Part shown: one piece after another, positions 8,348-17,114 of the stretch
Numbering within the stretch: position 1 is the stretch's first letter
How the letters are laid out: each line of letters opens with the position of its first letter
Virus record (IMG/VR): IMGVR_UViG_3300032242_002454
Coordinates: 140,626-204,625 of that record
Reading direction: 5' to 3' (one strand)
DNA length: 64,000 nucleotides
The notes under the pieces: generated by a model
What the model was told of the DNA's origin: nothing
The model's input: only the letters and a program-made list of their open reading frames with translations
The model's database searches: none
Made by a program: the position numbers and the translations under genes

Positions 8348-8818
8348 ATGAAAAAATGTTTGAAATGCTCCAAAGAATTTAAGAACAGGGTTGTGATTGA
8401 TGGTGTTGAAAGGAATATACATAAAAGAAGTTATTGTTTAGAATGTTCCCCATTTGGAAAACGTAATACTAAAAGACTACATATTCCACCAAGAGATACG
8501 AATAGCACAAAACACTGTACAAAATGCAGTCGTAAGTTTAAATGGACAAAAAACAATGTATGTTCCACATGTAGGACATTTAAAAGAAGAAATAATCAAA
8601 GAATAAAGTCAATAGAATATCTTGGTGGTAAATGTACTGGCTGTGGAAATAAAGATCATGATGTTTTGACTTTTCACCATAAGAACCCTAAAAATAAAAA
8701 ATTTACCTTATGCCAAAGTTGGCACAGAGCTTGGAAAATACTTTTGTCAGAGATTAAAAAGTGCGAGCTACTTTGTGCTAATTGTCACATGAAACATCAC
8801 AGAAAAGAAATGCTATGA
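8348..8818 (+). CDS. free-standing HNH homing endonuclease with Zn fingers
   Basis: Multiple CxxC; LGGKC..C...FHHKNP...CELLCANCH. Confidence 0.88.
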   Translation: MKKCLKCSKEFKNRVVIDGVERNIHKRSYCLECSPFGKRNTKRLHIPPRDTNSTKHCTKCSRKFKWTKNNVCSTCRTFKRRNNQRIKSIEYLGGKCTGCGNKDHDVLTFHHKNPKNKKFTLCQSWHRAWKILLSEIKKCELLCANCHMKHHRKEML

Positions 8819-9036
8819 CATTCGACCACTGGCTAAATGAAATTGAAGGATATAGCGTTAGACACGAAAGAGCTATGACCGACATAAGAAACTGTGTTGC
8901 AAAAGGAGAAACTGACGATATAATTAAGTGGCTGATGGCAGCTTATGCTATGGGCCATGAACAGGGTTATGATGTTGGTCATTATGATGGTAAGAAAAAC
9001 TGCAAACAACATTTTGATGAATATGGATGGGTATAA
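8815..9036 (+). CDS. hypothetical protein
   Basis: ATGA-coupled ORF. Confidence 0.65.
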   Translation: MTFDHWLNEIEGYSVRHERAMTDIRNCVAKGETDDIIKWLMAAYAMGHEQGYDVGHYDGKKNCKQHFDEYGWV

Positions 9037-9038
9037 TT

Positions 9039-9251
9039 ATGGAAATCCACAACAAAAAACATATCACAATGACTCCTGACGATGTTAAAAAAGCTATTGA
9101 GAGATATATTGATGATGAAATCGTTAGTACTGAAACTGGTTGTGATATTAAGTTTATTGTACATGATATTTATCAGAAAGATAGTTTGACCGGATATTAT
9201 AAGTCAGAATTTGTTGGTGCTGAAGTTGTGGTGCGTCCTAATGAGAGCTGA
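9039..9251 (+). CDS. hypothetical protein
   Basis: ORF in operon. Confidence 0.6.
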   Translation: MEIHNKKHITMTPDDVKKAIERYIDDEIVSTETGCDIKFIVHDIYQKDSLTGYYKSEFVGAEVVVRPNES

Positions 9252-9474
9252 ATTTTTAATGGGCAAAGCATCTAAAGATAGCCCATATATTCCAAAAAGA
9301 GGAGAAACTATCCAGTATGATAGACTGGGTGATGGAACTTGGCTAACTATTCATGTTGGTGATGGTAAAACTCCAGTTAAAGATCTCCCTGCAATAGCTG
9401 ATTATGATATTCGTGAACGAGTTAGGATCTTGGAAGAAAAAATAGCAAAATTAGAAAATGATCGAAGAATATGA
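9241..9474 (+). CDS. hypothetical protein with hyaluronidase/tail-like GDG motif
   Basis: PKRGE...IHVGDGKTPVKDLP. Confidence 0.55.
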   Translation: MRAEFLMGKASKDSPYIPKRGETIQYDRLGDGTWLTIHVGDGKTPVKDLPAIADYDIRERVRILEEKIAKLENDRRI

Positions 9475-9757
9475 AAACTGGGAAGATAGTATAAGAAGAA
9501 CTTTTATAGAATTGGCAAATTATATGGAACAACATTCTAATCCTATTGAATATTTAATTGAATTTGCTTGGGCAAATGGTGCTGATCGTTTTGTTGTAAA
9601 TAATGCCAAGGATGAATTGAAAAAACTTCAAGAAAATAATATTGCTAATCCTGTTGCTTGGGCTAGAATAAATAAACGTGGGGATTTGTTTGATCCTCGT
9701 TTATGTAATAATATTCATGTTGATCAAAGTTCTGTGGTTCCACTATACAGGAAGTAA
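9458..9757 (+). CDS. hypothetical protein
   Basis: PVAW...VVPLY motif typical of phage early proteins. Confidence 0.65.
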   Translation: MIEEYENWEDSIRRTFIELANYMEQHSNPIEYLIEFAWANGADRFVVNNAKDELKKLQENNIANPVAWARINKRGDLFDPRLCNNIHVDQSSVVPLYRK

Positions 9758-9759
9758 AA

Positions 9760-10086
9760 ATGAGACCAAGAGGAAATAGATTGTGTCGAGCAGAAGTAAA
9801 AAATCATAATCCAAAATCTCCAATAGATACTTTTGTTCTTGTTACAGTAAGAGAATGTAATGATTGCGATGGAGGTACATACATTGATGAGATCAACACT
9901 GCTGCTCAATTTTTAGCAACTGAAAATGAATCATGTGATGAGCCTTTCTATCAGATTTATGGAAGAAGATACATGGACGATATAATGTCTGGTCCGATGT
10001 TTCTTGCAGAGTTTTATGACTTGGATAAAGCTCTCAATTTTCTATATTATTTAACTGGTGAAGAAGCCAAAGTTGTTTCTTACTAA
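9760..10086 (+). CDS. hypothetical protein
   Basis: ORF in operon. Confidence 0.65.
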   Translation: MRPRGNRLCRAEVKNHNPKSPIDTFVLVTVRECNDCDGGTYIDEINTAAQFLATENESCDEPFYQIYGRRYMDDIMSGPMFLAEFYDLDKALNFLYYLTGEEAKVVSY

Positions 10087-10087
10087 T

Positions 10088-10609
10088 ATGATTAATAGTA
10101 AATACAAAATTGATTTATCTGATTTTTATAGTGATGACGGTGGGTATTGTACACTATTTAAATTGCTTAATGAGCCATCACTAGGATTCAAAGAATTCAT
10201 TTCCAAATCTAGAGCAAAATATGCTAGGAGAATTCAGATAAGACTAAGTAAACTTAATCTTGCACCAAAAGTATATTCTAGAGTATGCAAGATGACTTAT
10301 AATGGATTTTTTCCGGGCAAAAAAAGTGGTTGGGGATATGTCACAGAATTAGCTAAAACTGGAAATAAAAAAGTTAGATTATGCAATATACAGAGATTGG
10401 TTGATGTTATTTACGATAGAACAAAATTAAAATTTTGGGACTGTCATTGGGCTAATCTTGGATATATTATAAGAAAAGGCAAAAGAAAATTGGTTTGTAT
10501 TGATACTGGTAAAGAAACTTGGGATGGTTATGCTAATTATTTTGGAAATATTGATCCTGGCCCAAAGTGTTCGTATTGTTTAAAATATAAATGTAGGTGT
10601 GTAGAATAA
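10088..10609 (+). CDS. minimal protein-kinase-like protein
   Basis: GFK, LAPKVY, catalytic-loop-like DCHWANLG, DFG-like IDTG. Confidence 0.65.
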   Translation: MINSKYKIDLSDFYSDDGGYCTLFKLLNEPSLGFKEFISKSRAKYARRIQIRLSKLNLAPKVYSRVCKMTYNGFFPGKKSGWGYVTELAKTGNKKVRLCNIQRLVDVIYDRTKLKFWDCHWANLGYIIRKGKRKLVCIDTGKETWDGYANYFGNIDPGPKCSYCLKYKCRCVE

Positions 10610-11496
10610 TGAAATATCTTATAGCTGGTGGTGCTGGTTTTATAGGTAGTCATATTGCAGATACTCTTTTAGATATGGGTCATGATGTTATAATTATTGA
10701 TAATCTATCTACAGGAAAAAAAAGTAACATACCTAATAGAGCTACTTTTGTAGAATTAGATATAGCTAAATCTCCTATAGAAATTTTATCATCTTTTTTT
10801 GATGGAGTAACCGCAGTATTCCATTGTGCCGCATTACCCAATGTTCAGTTTTCTATAGAACAACCTTTGGATTCTAATAAAGCTAATGTAGATACTACTA
10901 TTAAAATTTTAGAGTCTATGAGAATCAAAAAAATTAAGAAGATTATATACAGCAGTTCTTGTTCTATATATGGAGATGCTATACAGATACCTACTACTGA
11001 AAATGAAACTATTAAACCATTAAGCCCATACGCTTTACAGAAATATATTGGAGAAGAATACTGTTCCCTTTATTATAGGCTTTACAATATAGAATATGTT
11101 GCTTTGCGTTATTTTAATGTATATGGTGAACGAATGACTGATACTGGAGCTTATGTTAGTGTATTGAGTCACTTTTTAAGAGCTTACAAAAATAATCAGC
11201 CGTTAAATATTACTAATACTGGAGAACAAAAAAGAGATTTTGTATATGTAAAAGACATAGCCAAAGCAAATGTTTTGGCTGCATTAAAAAATATTGGTGG
11301 TGAAACTATATTAAACTTAGGATCAGGTAATAACTATTCTATAAATTCTATTGCTAGTTGGTTTAATCATAATATTGTTTATGGAGAATCTAGAATAGAA
11401 CCATTTGAAACTTTAGCTGACATAAATAAAGCTAAAAATATATTGAATTGGTTACCAAAAGTAAATTTAAAATCATGGGTAATGCAAAATATTTAA
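10609..11496 (+). CDS. NAD-dependent epimerase/dehydratase (GalE-like)
   Basis: GGAGFIG, YALQK, RYFNVYG, RDFVYV. Confidence 0.95.
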   Translation: MKYLIAGGAGFIGSHIADTLLDMGHDVIIIDNLSTGKKSNIPNRATFVELDIAKSPIEILSSFFDGVTAVFHCAALPNVQFSIEQPLDSNKANVDTTIKILESMRIKKIKKIIYSSSCSIYGDAIQIPTTENETIKPLSPYALQKYIGEEYCSLYYRLYNIEYVALRYFNVYGERMTDTGAYVSVLSHFLRAYKNNQPLNITNTGEQKRDFVYVKDIAKANVLAALKNIGGETILNLGSGNNYSINSIASWFNHNIVYGESRIEPFETLADINKAKNILNWLPKVNLKSWVMQNI

Positions 11497-11506
11497 GGAA
11501 ATTATA

Positions 11507-11857
11507 ATGCCATATATTAAAGAAGAAAATAGACTTACTCTTGATGAATGTATTGATCATATGGTGGTTTGTTTGAAAAATAGTGCTTTCAGAGCATCAT
11601 TTGATCCAAATAAAAATAATTATATGAAGGAAGAACTAAGTAATGAAGATGTTTTAGCTATAGTTGGAGATATTAATTACTGTATTTCTCGTGTTGTTTC
11701 TAAGCTAATGGGCAAGGTATCGTATTCTAAAATAGCAATGATTACAGGAGTATTAGAAAATATAAAGCAAGAGTTTTATCGTAGAATTGGTGTATCTTTA
11801 GAAGATAAGAAAATTATAGAAAATGGAGATATACCAGAATACAAAAGGTTATGCTAA
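11507..11857 (+). CDS. conserved phage hypothetical protein
   Basis: MPYIK...GDINY...EFYRR...ENGD. Confidence 0.75.
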   Translation: MPYIKEENRLTLDECIDHMVVCLKNSAFRASFDPNKNNYMKEELSNEDVLAIVGDINYCISRVVSKLMGKVSYSKIAMITGVLENIKQEFYRRIGVSLEDKKIIENGDIPEYKRLC

Positions 11858-12570
11858 AAAACACAAAAAAGAATGATTATTCATTAATCTCAAAAAAAGA
11901 ACTAGAAAAATTATTAAATGAAGGATTGAATTTTACAGAAATAGGTTCTCTTTATGGTAGAAATCTGCACTATATTAGAACGATATGTAAAAAATACAAT
12001 CTTAAAATTAAATCAAAGGCGACTGTCTGTTTAAACTGTCAAAAAAAGTTTAAGCATAAAGCAACCATCCCAGCCAAATACTGTTCCACAAAATGTCGAT
12101 CTGCACATTGGCCAAAAATAAATAAAGAAAAGCATAAAGAATTAGTTAAAAAATCTAGATTTAAGTGTCATCCAGTAAAATGCAGAAAATGTAACAATAA
12201 TATATCAGATAATAATAGAAAATCTGGTTTGGTTTACTGTAGTGATTTATGTAGAAAACAGAATAAGACGATATCTGATAAACAAAGTCGAGATAAAAAA
12301 TATAAACAATTTGGTCTTTACAAAATATCTATAGGATGTCAAAATTGCGGATATAATAAATGTTCTGGTTCTTTAGATTTTCATCATGTCAATCCACAAA
12401 CAAAATCGACTAGAATAAGCTGTGGACTCTGGAAAGCTAATACTGAAGTATTTCAAAAAGAACTGTTAAAATGTATATTACTATGTAAAAATTGTCATTA
12501 TGAAGCACATAATCAGATTCTTATTATAGAAGGAAATGAAGGACAATGGAATTGTATATACCAAAATTAA
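11851..12570 (+). CDS. free-standing HNH homing endonuclease
   Basis: HTH-like N-term, CxxC/CSxxC, GCQNCG...DFHHVNP...CILLCKNCH; same family as 8348. Confidence 0.88.
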   Translation: MLKNTKKNDYSLISKKELEKLLNEGLNFTEIGSLYGRNLHYIRTICKKYNLKIKSKATVCLNCQKKFKHKATIPAKYCSTKCRSAHWPKINKEKHKELVKKSRFKCHPVKCRKCNNNISDNNRKSGLVYCSDLCRKQNKTISDKQSRDKKYKQFGLYKISIGCQNCGYNKCSGSLDFHHVNPQTKSTRISCGLWKANTEVFQKELLKCILLCKNCHYEAHNQILIIEGNEGQWNCIYQN

Positions 12571-12580
12571 AGGTGTATAA

Positions 12581-12625
12581 ATTATTAAGAATGGCGATAT
12601 TAAAGAGTATAAACGCCTAAAATAA
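12581..12625 (+). pseudogene. displaced duplicate 3' end of gene 11507..11857
   Basis: Encodes IIKNGDIKEYKRLK* vs IIENGDIPEYKRLC* at 11813-11857. Confidence 0.85.
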
Positions 12626-12635
12626 AGAGGCCAAA

Positions 12636-12947
12636 ATGTCTAAAAATATTGATGATGTAATTAAAGAGGTAATGAAAAGCAATAAGGAGATTCATACTAT
12701 GGACGCTCATATCTCTAAAGACATTACCGATCTAAAAAAGAGCATCAAAAATATTGAGAATAAGATCAAAATGATAGATAATAAAATGGATCAAACCATA
12801 GATCTATTAAATACTTTCATTACTCTTATTACTGAACAGGATGATATAGATCTTGATGATGAAGAAGAGAATGAGGATTGGACTCCTTATGATCAACAAG
12901 AAGATTATCAAGCTGATGATGAAGATGAGGAAGAAGAACAATACTAA
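12636..12947 (+). CDS. coiled-coil protein with acidic tail
   Basis: GAGG RBS; GGTGTA at 12572. Confidence 0.75.
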   Translation: MSKNIDDVIKEVMKSNKEIHTMDAHISKDITDLKKSIKNIENKIKMIDNKMDQTIDLLNTFITLITEQDDIDLDDEEENEDWTPYDQQEDYQADDEDEEEEQY

Positions 12948-13198
12948 TGGCTAGTTTAGCTCTACTAGTAACAATAATTTTTTTATCTGTGCTAATAATA
13001 GGTCCAATTAGTTATATTCTATCATTATTTTCTTGGATGCCAAATTTAATCAAATGGATAATGGCAATAGTTTGTATTTTTGTTGGGGGTTGGGTTTGTT
13101 TTCTACCTATACCCTTTTTAAGAGCTTTGGGATTAATTGATATAGCAATAGGATTAAAGATCATATCGGATAGCACACAAAAGAAAAGTGATGCTTGA
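12947..13198 (+). CDS. multi-TM membrane protein
   Basis: Three hydrophobic segments. Confidence 0.7.
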   Translation: MASLALLVTIIFLSVLIIGPISYILSLFSWMPNLIKWIMAIVCIFVGGWVCFLPIPFLRALGLIDIAIGLKIISDSTQKKSDA

Positions 13199-13223
13199 CA
13201 AGACCGTATGCCGATGGTATACT
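13195..13223 (+). promoter_or_regulatory. sigma70-type promoter for rIIA
   Basis: TTGACA-N17-TATACT, GCCGAT in spacer. Confidence 0.88.
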
Positions 13224-13263
13224 TGAGCCATCACAGGAACGATAACACTTTTGGAGAATAAAG

Positions 13264-15954
13264 ATGAAGTTGGCAGATAGGACGATTGAGACTCACAGCG
13301 TTGGTGTTGCAAGTAGGAACCAATTCAATATCGCTCAGACGAGCAAGATGTTTAAAATCCTTTCAGACTCTCTTTATTCTGATAAGGTAATGGCAGCAAT
13401 TCGTGAGCTTTCTACTAATGCTTATGATAGTCATATCTCTGCTGGGAATAGGAATCCTTTTAAGGTTACTCTGCCCACCGCTGCTAATCCTACCTTTATG
13501 GTGAGAGATTATGGTACTGGTCTTAGTCAGGCCGATATGGAGGACTTGTATACAACTTATGGTGCCTCAAACAAAAATGATAGCAATGATTTTGTTGGTT
13601 GTCTTGGTCTAGGGTCTAAGAGTCCGTTTGCCTACACCAAGAGCTTCACCACTGCATCATATTACAATGGTAAGAAATATACCTATATTGCAGCAATTGA
13701 TGAGAGTGGTGTTCCTACTCTGAATCTTTTTAATACTGCCGAAACATCTGAGCCTAATGGTCTTGAGATTAGTTTTGCTGTTAAGCAGCATGACTTTCAA
13801 GAGTTCACCGATAAGGCTAAGAGAATTTTCCACTACTTCCGAATGAAACCCATCATTGAGGGTGGTGTTGGTGGTAATCTTATGGATCATAAGTATAGCA
13901 ATACCAATATCGTTATTAGTGGTGAGGGTTGGAGAGTTTGCCGACTCAATAATGATAACAGTTATTTTCCCAGCAATTATCATCGAATTGATAGTGGTAT
14001 CATCGCTATCATGGGAAATATTGCGTATCCTGTTCAAACCGCACAGATTGTTGGTCAAGAAAAGGAAGAAATGCCCGACCATATTCAGAAGTGGAATAGG
14101 GCTTTCCAGAAAGCAGATATTGATTCTTGGAAGAGTTTTGTGGGAGAGATTCTTAACTCTGGTCTTTATCTTGAACTGGATTTTGGTATCGGTGAACTTG
14201 AGATGGACGTTAGCCGCGAAGGTTTGCAGTATACCAAGGATGTAATTAAGGCTCTTCGTAAAAAGACCCAAGAAATTTACATGGAGATGAAGGAAGAATT
14301 CTCCAAGAAAATTCAAGCATCCAAGACCAAGGTAGAAGCAATTACTTCATATTATACTATGAATGAATTGGCTGGCGGCTGGGGTGTTGGTGCCACTTGG
14401 ACTGATCCCAAGGGTAAAGATCATCCGATCAATTCTGGAAATGATTTGGAATATAAAATTCCGGCTGGCAAGAGTCTGTATGTTTTTAACTATAAGACTG
14501 CTGGCTATCGTTCTCGTCGTCAAGTTGCTTTGACAGATAAGATTCATCACGAAACTCTTACTGGTAAAGGTTCTTACTATTGGAATAACCAGAGGAAGAA
14601 AGGCACGATGGCTTTCTTTATCTGTGACGTTAAGGGTGAAGAAACAGCAAAGAAGATCATCACAAAGTATTGCAATAGTAATGATTGTTTTGCCTACTTG
14701 ATGCTTGATACTAAGGACTATACCAAGAGTGGAGAAGGTTTTGATAAGCTGATCGAAGATGTTGGATCTGAAAATCTGCTCAAGGTTTCAGACTACAAAC
14801 ATCTTACTCAAAGTTCTGGCCCAAGAAAGTCTTACAATAGAAATTCTAATGGTAGTGTTAGTGATCAAGACGTATTCTTTATTCATGGCTATGATGATGA
14901 TAGTAAGCAGATTACTAATCCTTATAACGATGCTACTTGTCTAAGAATTCTTTCAGAAGAACAACTGGAAGATTTTCTAGAGCAGGATGAGATAGTGTAC
15001 GTTCCTATGCTTCGATATAAGACTGAGGCTGAATCCGGTCATCCTGAGATTAGTGATATTACCACTACTCTTGGTGATGATAGCTTGAAGTTTATAGTCA
15101 AGGATTTGCTGGGAGATAGTAAGATTTATGCTATCAAAAACGCTTTTGTTAAAAAGCTTCAAAATGATGGGTATAATCTTGTCAGTTTTAATGAATTCTT
15201 TAAGCGTCAGTTGAAGATTGTTGCTCAGAAACATTTTTCAAGTTTGGCTTCTTTCAATGATCTTGTTGAGTTCTGTAAGAAAGAATATGCAAGCGAAGAA
15301 CATAAGAACAACCAATATAGATATTATAATCATGGAACTATGGATAAACAGTTCATGTTTCATATGTTGAATATCTTTGGGTTGAATTATGAAAAGTTTA
15401 TTGGTAGTAAGACTCTGGTTGAGTGCATAGACACTACTATGCTTATGGAATTCTTTGCTAATACTGTTCATGATAATAACTTTAGGATTGAAAGATTTTC
15501 TCAATCAGATTATTTCTCTCATATCTCAAGGTTAATGGACAAGGTTAATATCCGATCAGTAGACAGTAAAGATATTCGTAAGGCTAGTTTGGCTTACAAT
15601 GTCTTGACTAGTCTGATTAGTGGATCACTTTATACTGGATCTAATTCTCATAAAGCTGAAACTTATCTGAAAATTATTAAGGGTGAGTCTAAGGAAAACT
15701 TTAAACTACCAGCAATCTCTAAGATTAGAGAGAGTGTCAGAACTGAACTTGATAAGAACCCTATGCTAAAGTATATTCTTGGTAGTCATCAAGTTACTGG
15801 AACTCTTACTGATCTAAGAGCTAAGAAGAATCCTATTAATCAGCTTGATGAACGTCATTCCTATTATAATAATGATGGTAAGGATTGGATCATGCAGATG
15901 AGCCAAGAGAATATTGACCTATTTAGAATTCAGTTGAGTAGTTTAGTCAAGTAG
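13264..15954 (+). CDS. rIIA: rIIA-like protein (N-terminal GHKL ATPase)
   Basis: LYSDK..AIRELSTNAYDSH, VRDYGTG, GLGSKSPFAY, SREGL; followed by rIIB. Confidence 0.92.
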   Translation: MKLADRTIETHSVGVASRNQFNIAQTSKMFKILSDSLYSDKVMAAIRELSTNAYDSHISAGNRNPFKVTLPTAANPTFMVRDYGTGLSQADMEDLYTTYGASNKNDSNDFVGCLGLGSKSPFAYTKSFTTASYYNGKKYTYIAAIDESGVPTLNLFNTAETSEPNGLEISFAVKQHDFQEFTDKAKRIFHYFRMKPIIEGGVGGNLMDHKYSNTNIVISGEGWRVCRLNNDNSYFPSNYHRIDSGIIAIMGNIAYPVQTAQIVGQEKEEMPDHIQKWNRAFQKADIDSWKSFVGEILNSGLYLELDFGIGELEMDVSREGLQYTKDVIKALRKKTQEIYMEMKEEFSKKIQASKTKVEAITSYYTMNELAGGWGVGATWTDPKGKDHPINSGNDLEYKIPAGKSLYVFNYKTAGYRSRRQVALTDKIHHETLTGKGSYYWNNQRKKGTMAFFICDVKGEETAKKIITKYCNSNDCFAYLMLDTKDYTKSGEGFDKLIEDVGSENLLKVSDYKHLTQSSGPRKSYNRNSNGSVSDQDVFFIHGYDDDSKQITNPYNDATCLRILSEEQLEDFLEQDEIVYVPMLRYKTEAESGHPEISDITTTLGDDSLKFIVKDLLGDSKIYAIKNAFVKKLQNDGYNLVSFNEFFKRQLKIVAQKHFSSLASFNDLVEFCKKEYASEEHKNNQYRYYNHGTMDKQFMFHMLNIFGLNYEKFIGSKTLVECIDTTMLMEFFANTVHDNNFRIERFSQSDYFSHISRLMDKVNIRSVDSKDIRKASLAYNVLTSLISGSLYTGSNSHKAETYLKIIKGESKENFKLPAISKIRESVRTELDKNPMLKYILGSHQVTGTLTDLRAKKNPINQLDERHSYYNNDGKDWIMQMSQENIDLFRIQLSSLVK

Positions 15955-15975
15955 TCAGAAATTTCTCAAGACCCC

Positions 15976-16003
15976 TTGACAAGCTTGCCGATTAGTGTAA
16001 AAT
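15976..16003 (+). promoter_or_regulatory. sigma70-type promoter for rIIB
   Basis: TTGACA-N16-TAAAAT, GCCGAT in spacer. Confidence 0.8.
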
Positions 16004-16047
16004 GAGAGTATCACAGGTATCGTAACTAAAAACTAGGAGTTTGGATT

Positions 16048-16941
16048 ATGGCTGTTCCGTTTATGTTTGTGGATGGTAATTTGACGCTGGTTCTTAATAA
16101 TCAGAGTTATCAGGTGTTGCCAGATCATATCAACTATAAGTTGATTCTGGAAAGACTTCCATCTGCTACGGCAGATGAACTACTGGAAGTTGTTGATGTT
16201 CAAAAGGCTGTTGCTACTTTTAGCGATGGTCTTGTGGAGATCAAGAATGGACAGGTTCTCTACGAGGGTGAGGAAGTTCATGGTAGTATCAGTAAGCGTA
16301 TTCTGGAGTTTATGAGTAAGGGATTGCCTTTTCAACCCCTTGTTAATTTCCTGAATAATCTCATGGAAAATCCAAGTATGCAGAGTCAAAAGGAGTTGTA
16401 TGACTTCTTGGAACATGAACATCTTCCCATTACTGAGGATGGTTTCTTCCTCGCTTATAAGGCTGTTCGTTCAGACTTTAAGGATAAGTATAGGGGAGTT
16501 TTTGACAATAGAGTTGGTAAGGTCTGTGAAATGCAAAGAGCAAAGGTTGATGATGATCGTGGTCGTGGTTGCTCTAATGGACTTCATGCTGGTGCATTGA
16601 ATTATGTTGCCAACTATGGAAGTCTTGAGTCTGGAGACAAGATTGTTATTGTCAAGATTAATCCCAAGGATGTTGTGAGCGTTCCTAGTGACTGCAATTA
16701 TGAAAAGCTTCGCACTTGTCGCTATGAAGTAGTTGGACAGTATGAGGGTGAATTGCTCAAGCCTCTCTACAAGGCCGATTTTAGTCAGGATGATTACGAG
16801 GACGATGAGGATGATTATCTGAATGACTATGATGAGAGCTATTGGGATCAGTTTGATGATGAAGATGAAGATGAGGACGATGATCTTGTTGGTGATGAAG
16901 ATGATTCAGATTTTGATAATGGACTCTACGGAACTCATTGA
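16048..16941 (+). CDS. rIIB: rIIB-like protein with acidic tail
   Basis: LYDFL..LPITEDG.FLAYKAV, CSNGLH, VKINPKDVVSVP, RTCRYEV. Confidence 0.92.
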   Translation: MAVPFMFVDGNLTLVLNNQSYQVLPDHINYKLILERLPSATADELLEVVDVQKAVATFSDGLVEIKNGQVLYEGEEVHGSISKRILEFMSKGLPFQPLVNFLNNLMENPSMQSQKELYDFLEHEHLPITEDGFFLAYKAVRSDFKDKYRGVFDNRVGKVCEMQRAKVDDDRGRGCSNGLHAGALNYVANYGSLESGDKIVIVKINPKDVVSVPSDCNYEKLRTCRYEVVGQYEGELLKPLYKADFSQDDYEDDEDDYLNDYDESYWDQFDDEDEDEDDDLVGDEDDSDFDNGLYGTH

Positions 16942-16954
16942 AATTAATTAGTTA

Positions 16955-17036
16955 AGGTGGTGTTTGGTAACTTGTAAGGTAGCACCTATATAGTTTCTGC
17001 TATCGTGCAATAACGGTTCGATTCCGTTACCATCTT
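16955..17036 (+). ncRNA. tRNA-like RNA with non-canonical anticodon arm
   Basis: AGGTGGT/ACCATCT stem, GTT-TGGT-AAC mini D arm, 12-bp arm with 13-nt loop, T arm AACGG-TTCGATT-CCGTT. Confidence 0.7.
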
Positions 17037-17114
17037 TTAGATATTGCTCTTGATAATGATGTTCATTATCCCAATATCAAAAATGTAGGTAGGAAGTTGG
17101 AAAAAGGAAAACAA

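Noticed and set aside
11813-12625. Group I intron containing the HNH gene
   Set aside because: No room for an intron core: the HNH ORF fills the interval and the upstream gene is complete with its own stop
16780-16920. GAT/GAG low-complexity repeat
   Set aside because: Simply encodes the acidic tail of rIIB
16955-17036. tRNA-Sec or tRNA-Pyl
   Set aside because: No 7-nt loop presenting TCA or CTA, and no long variable arm
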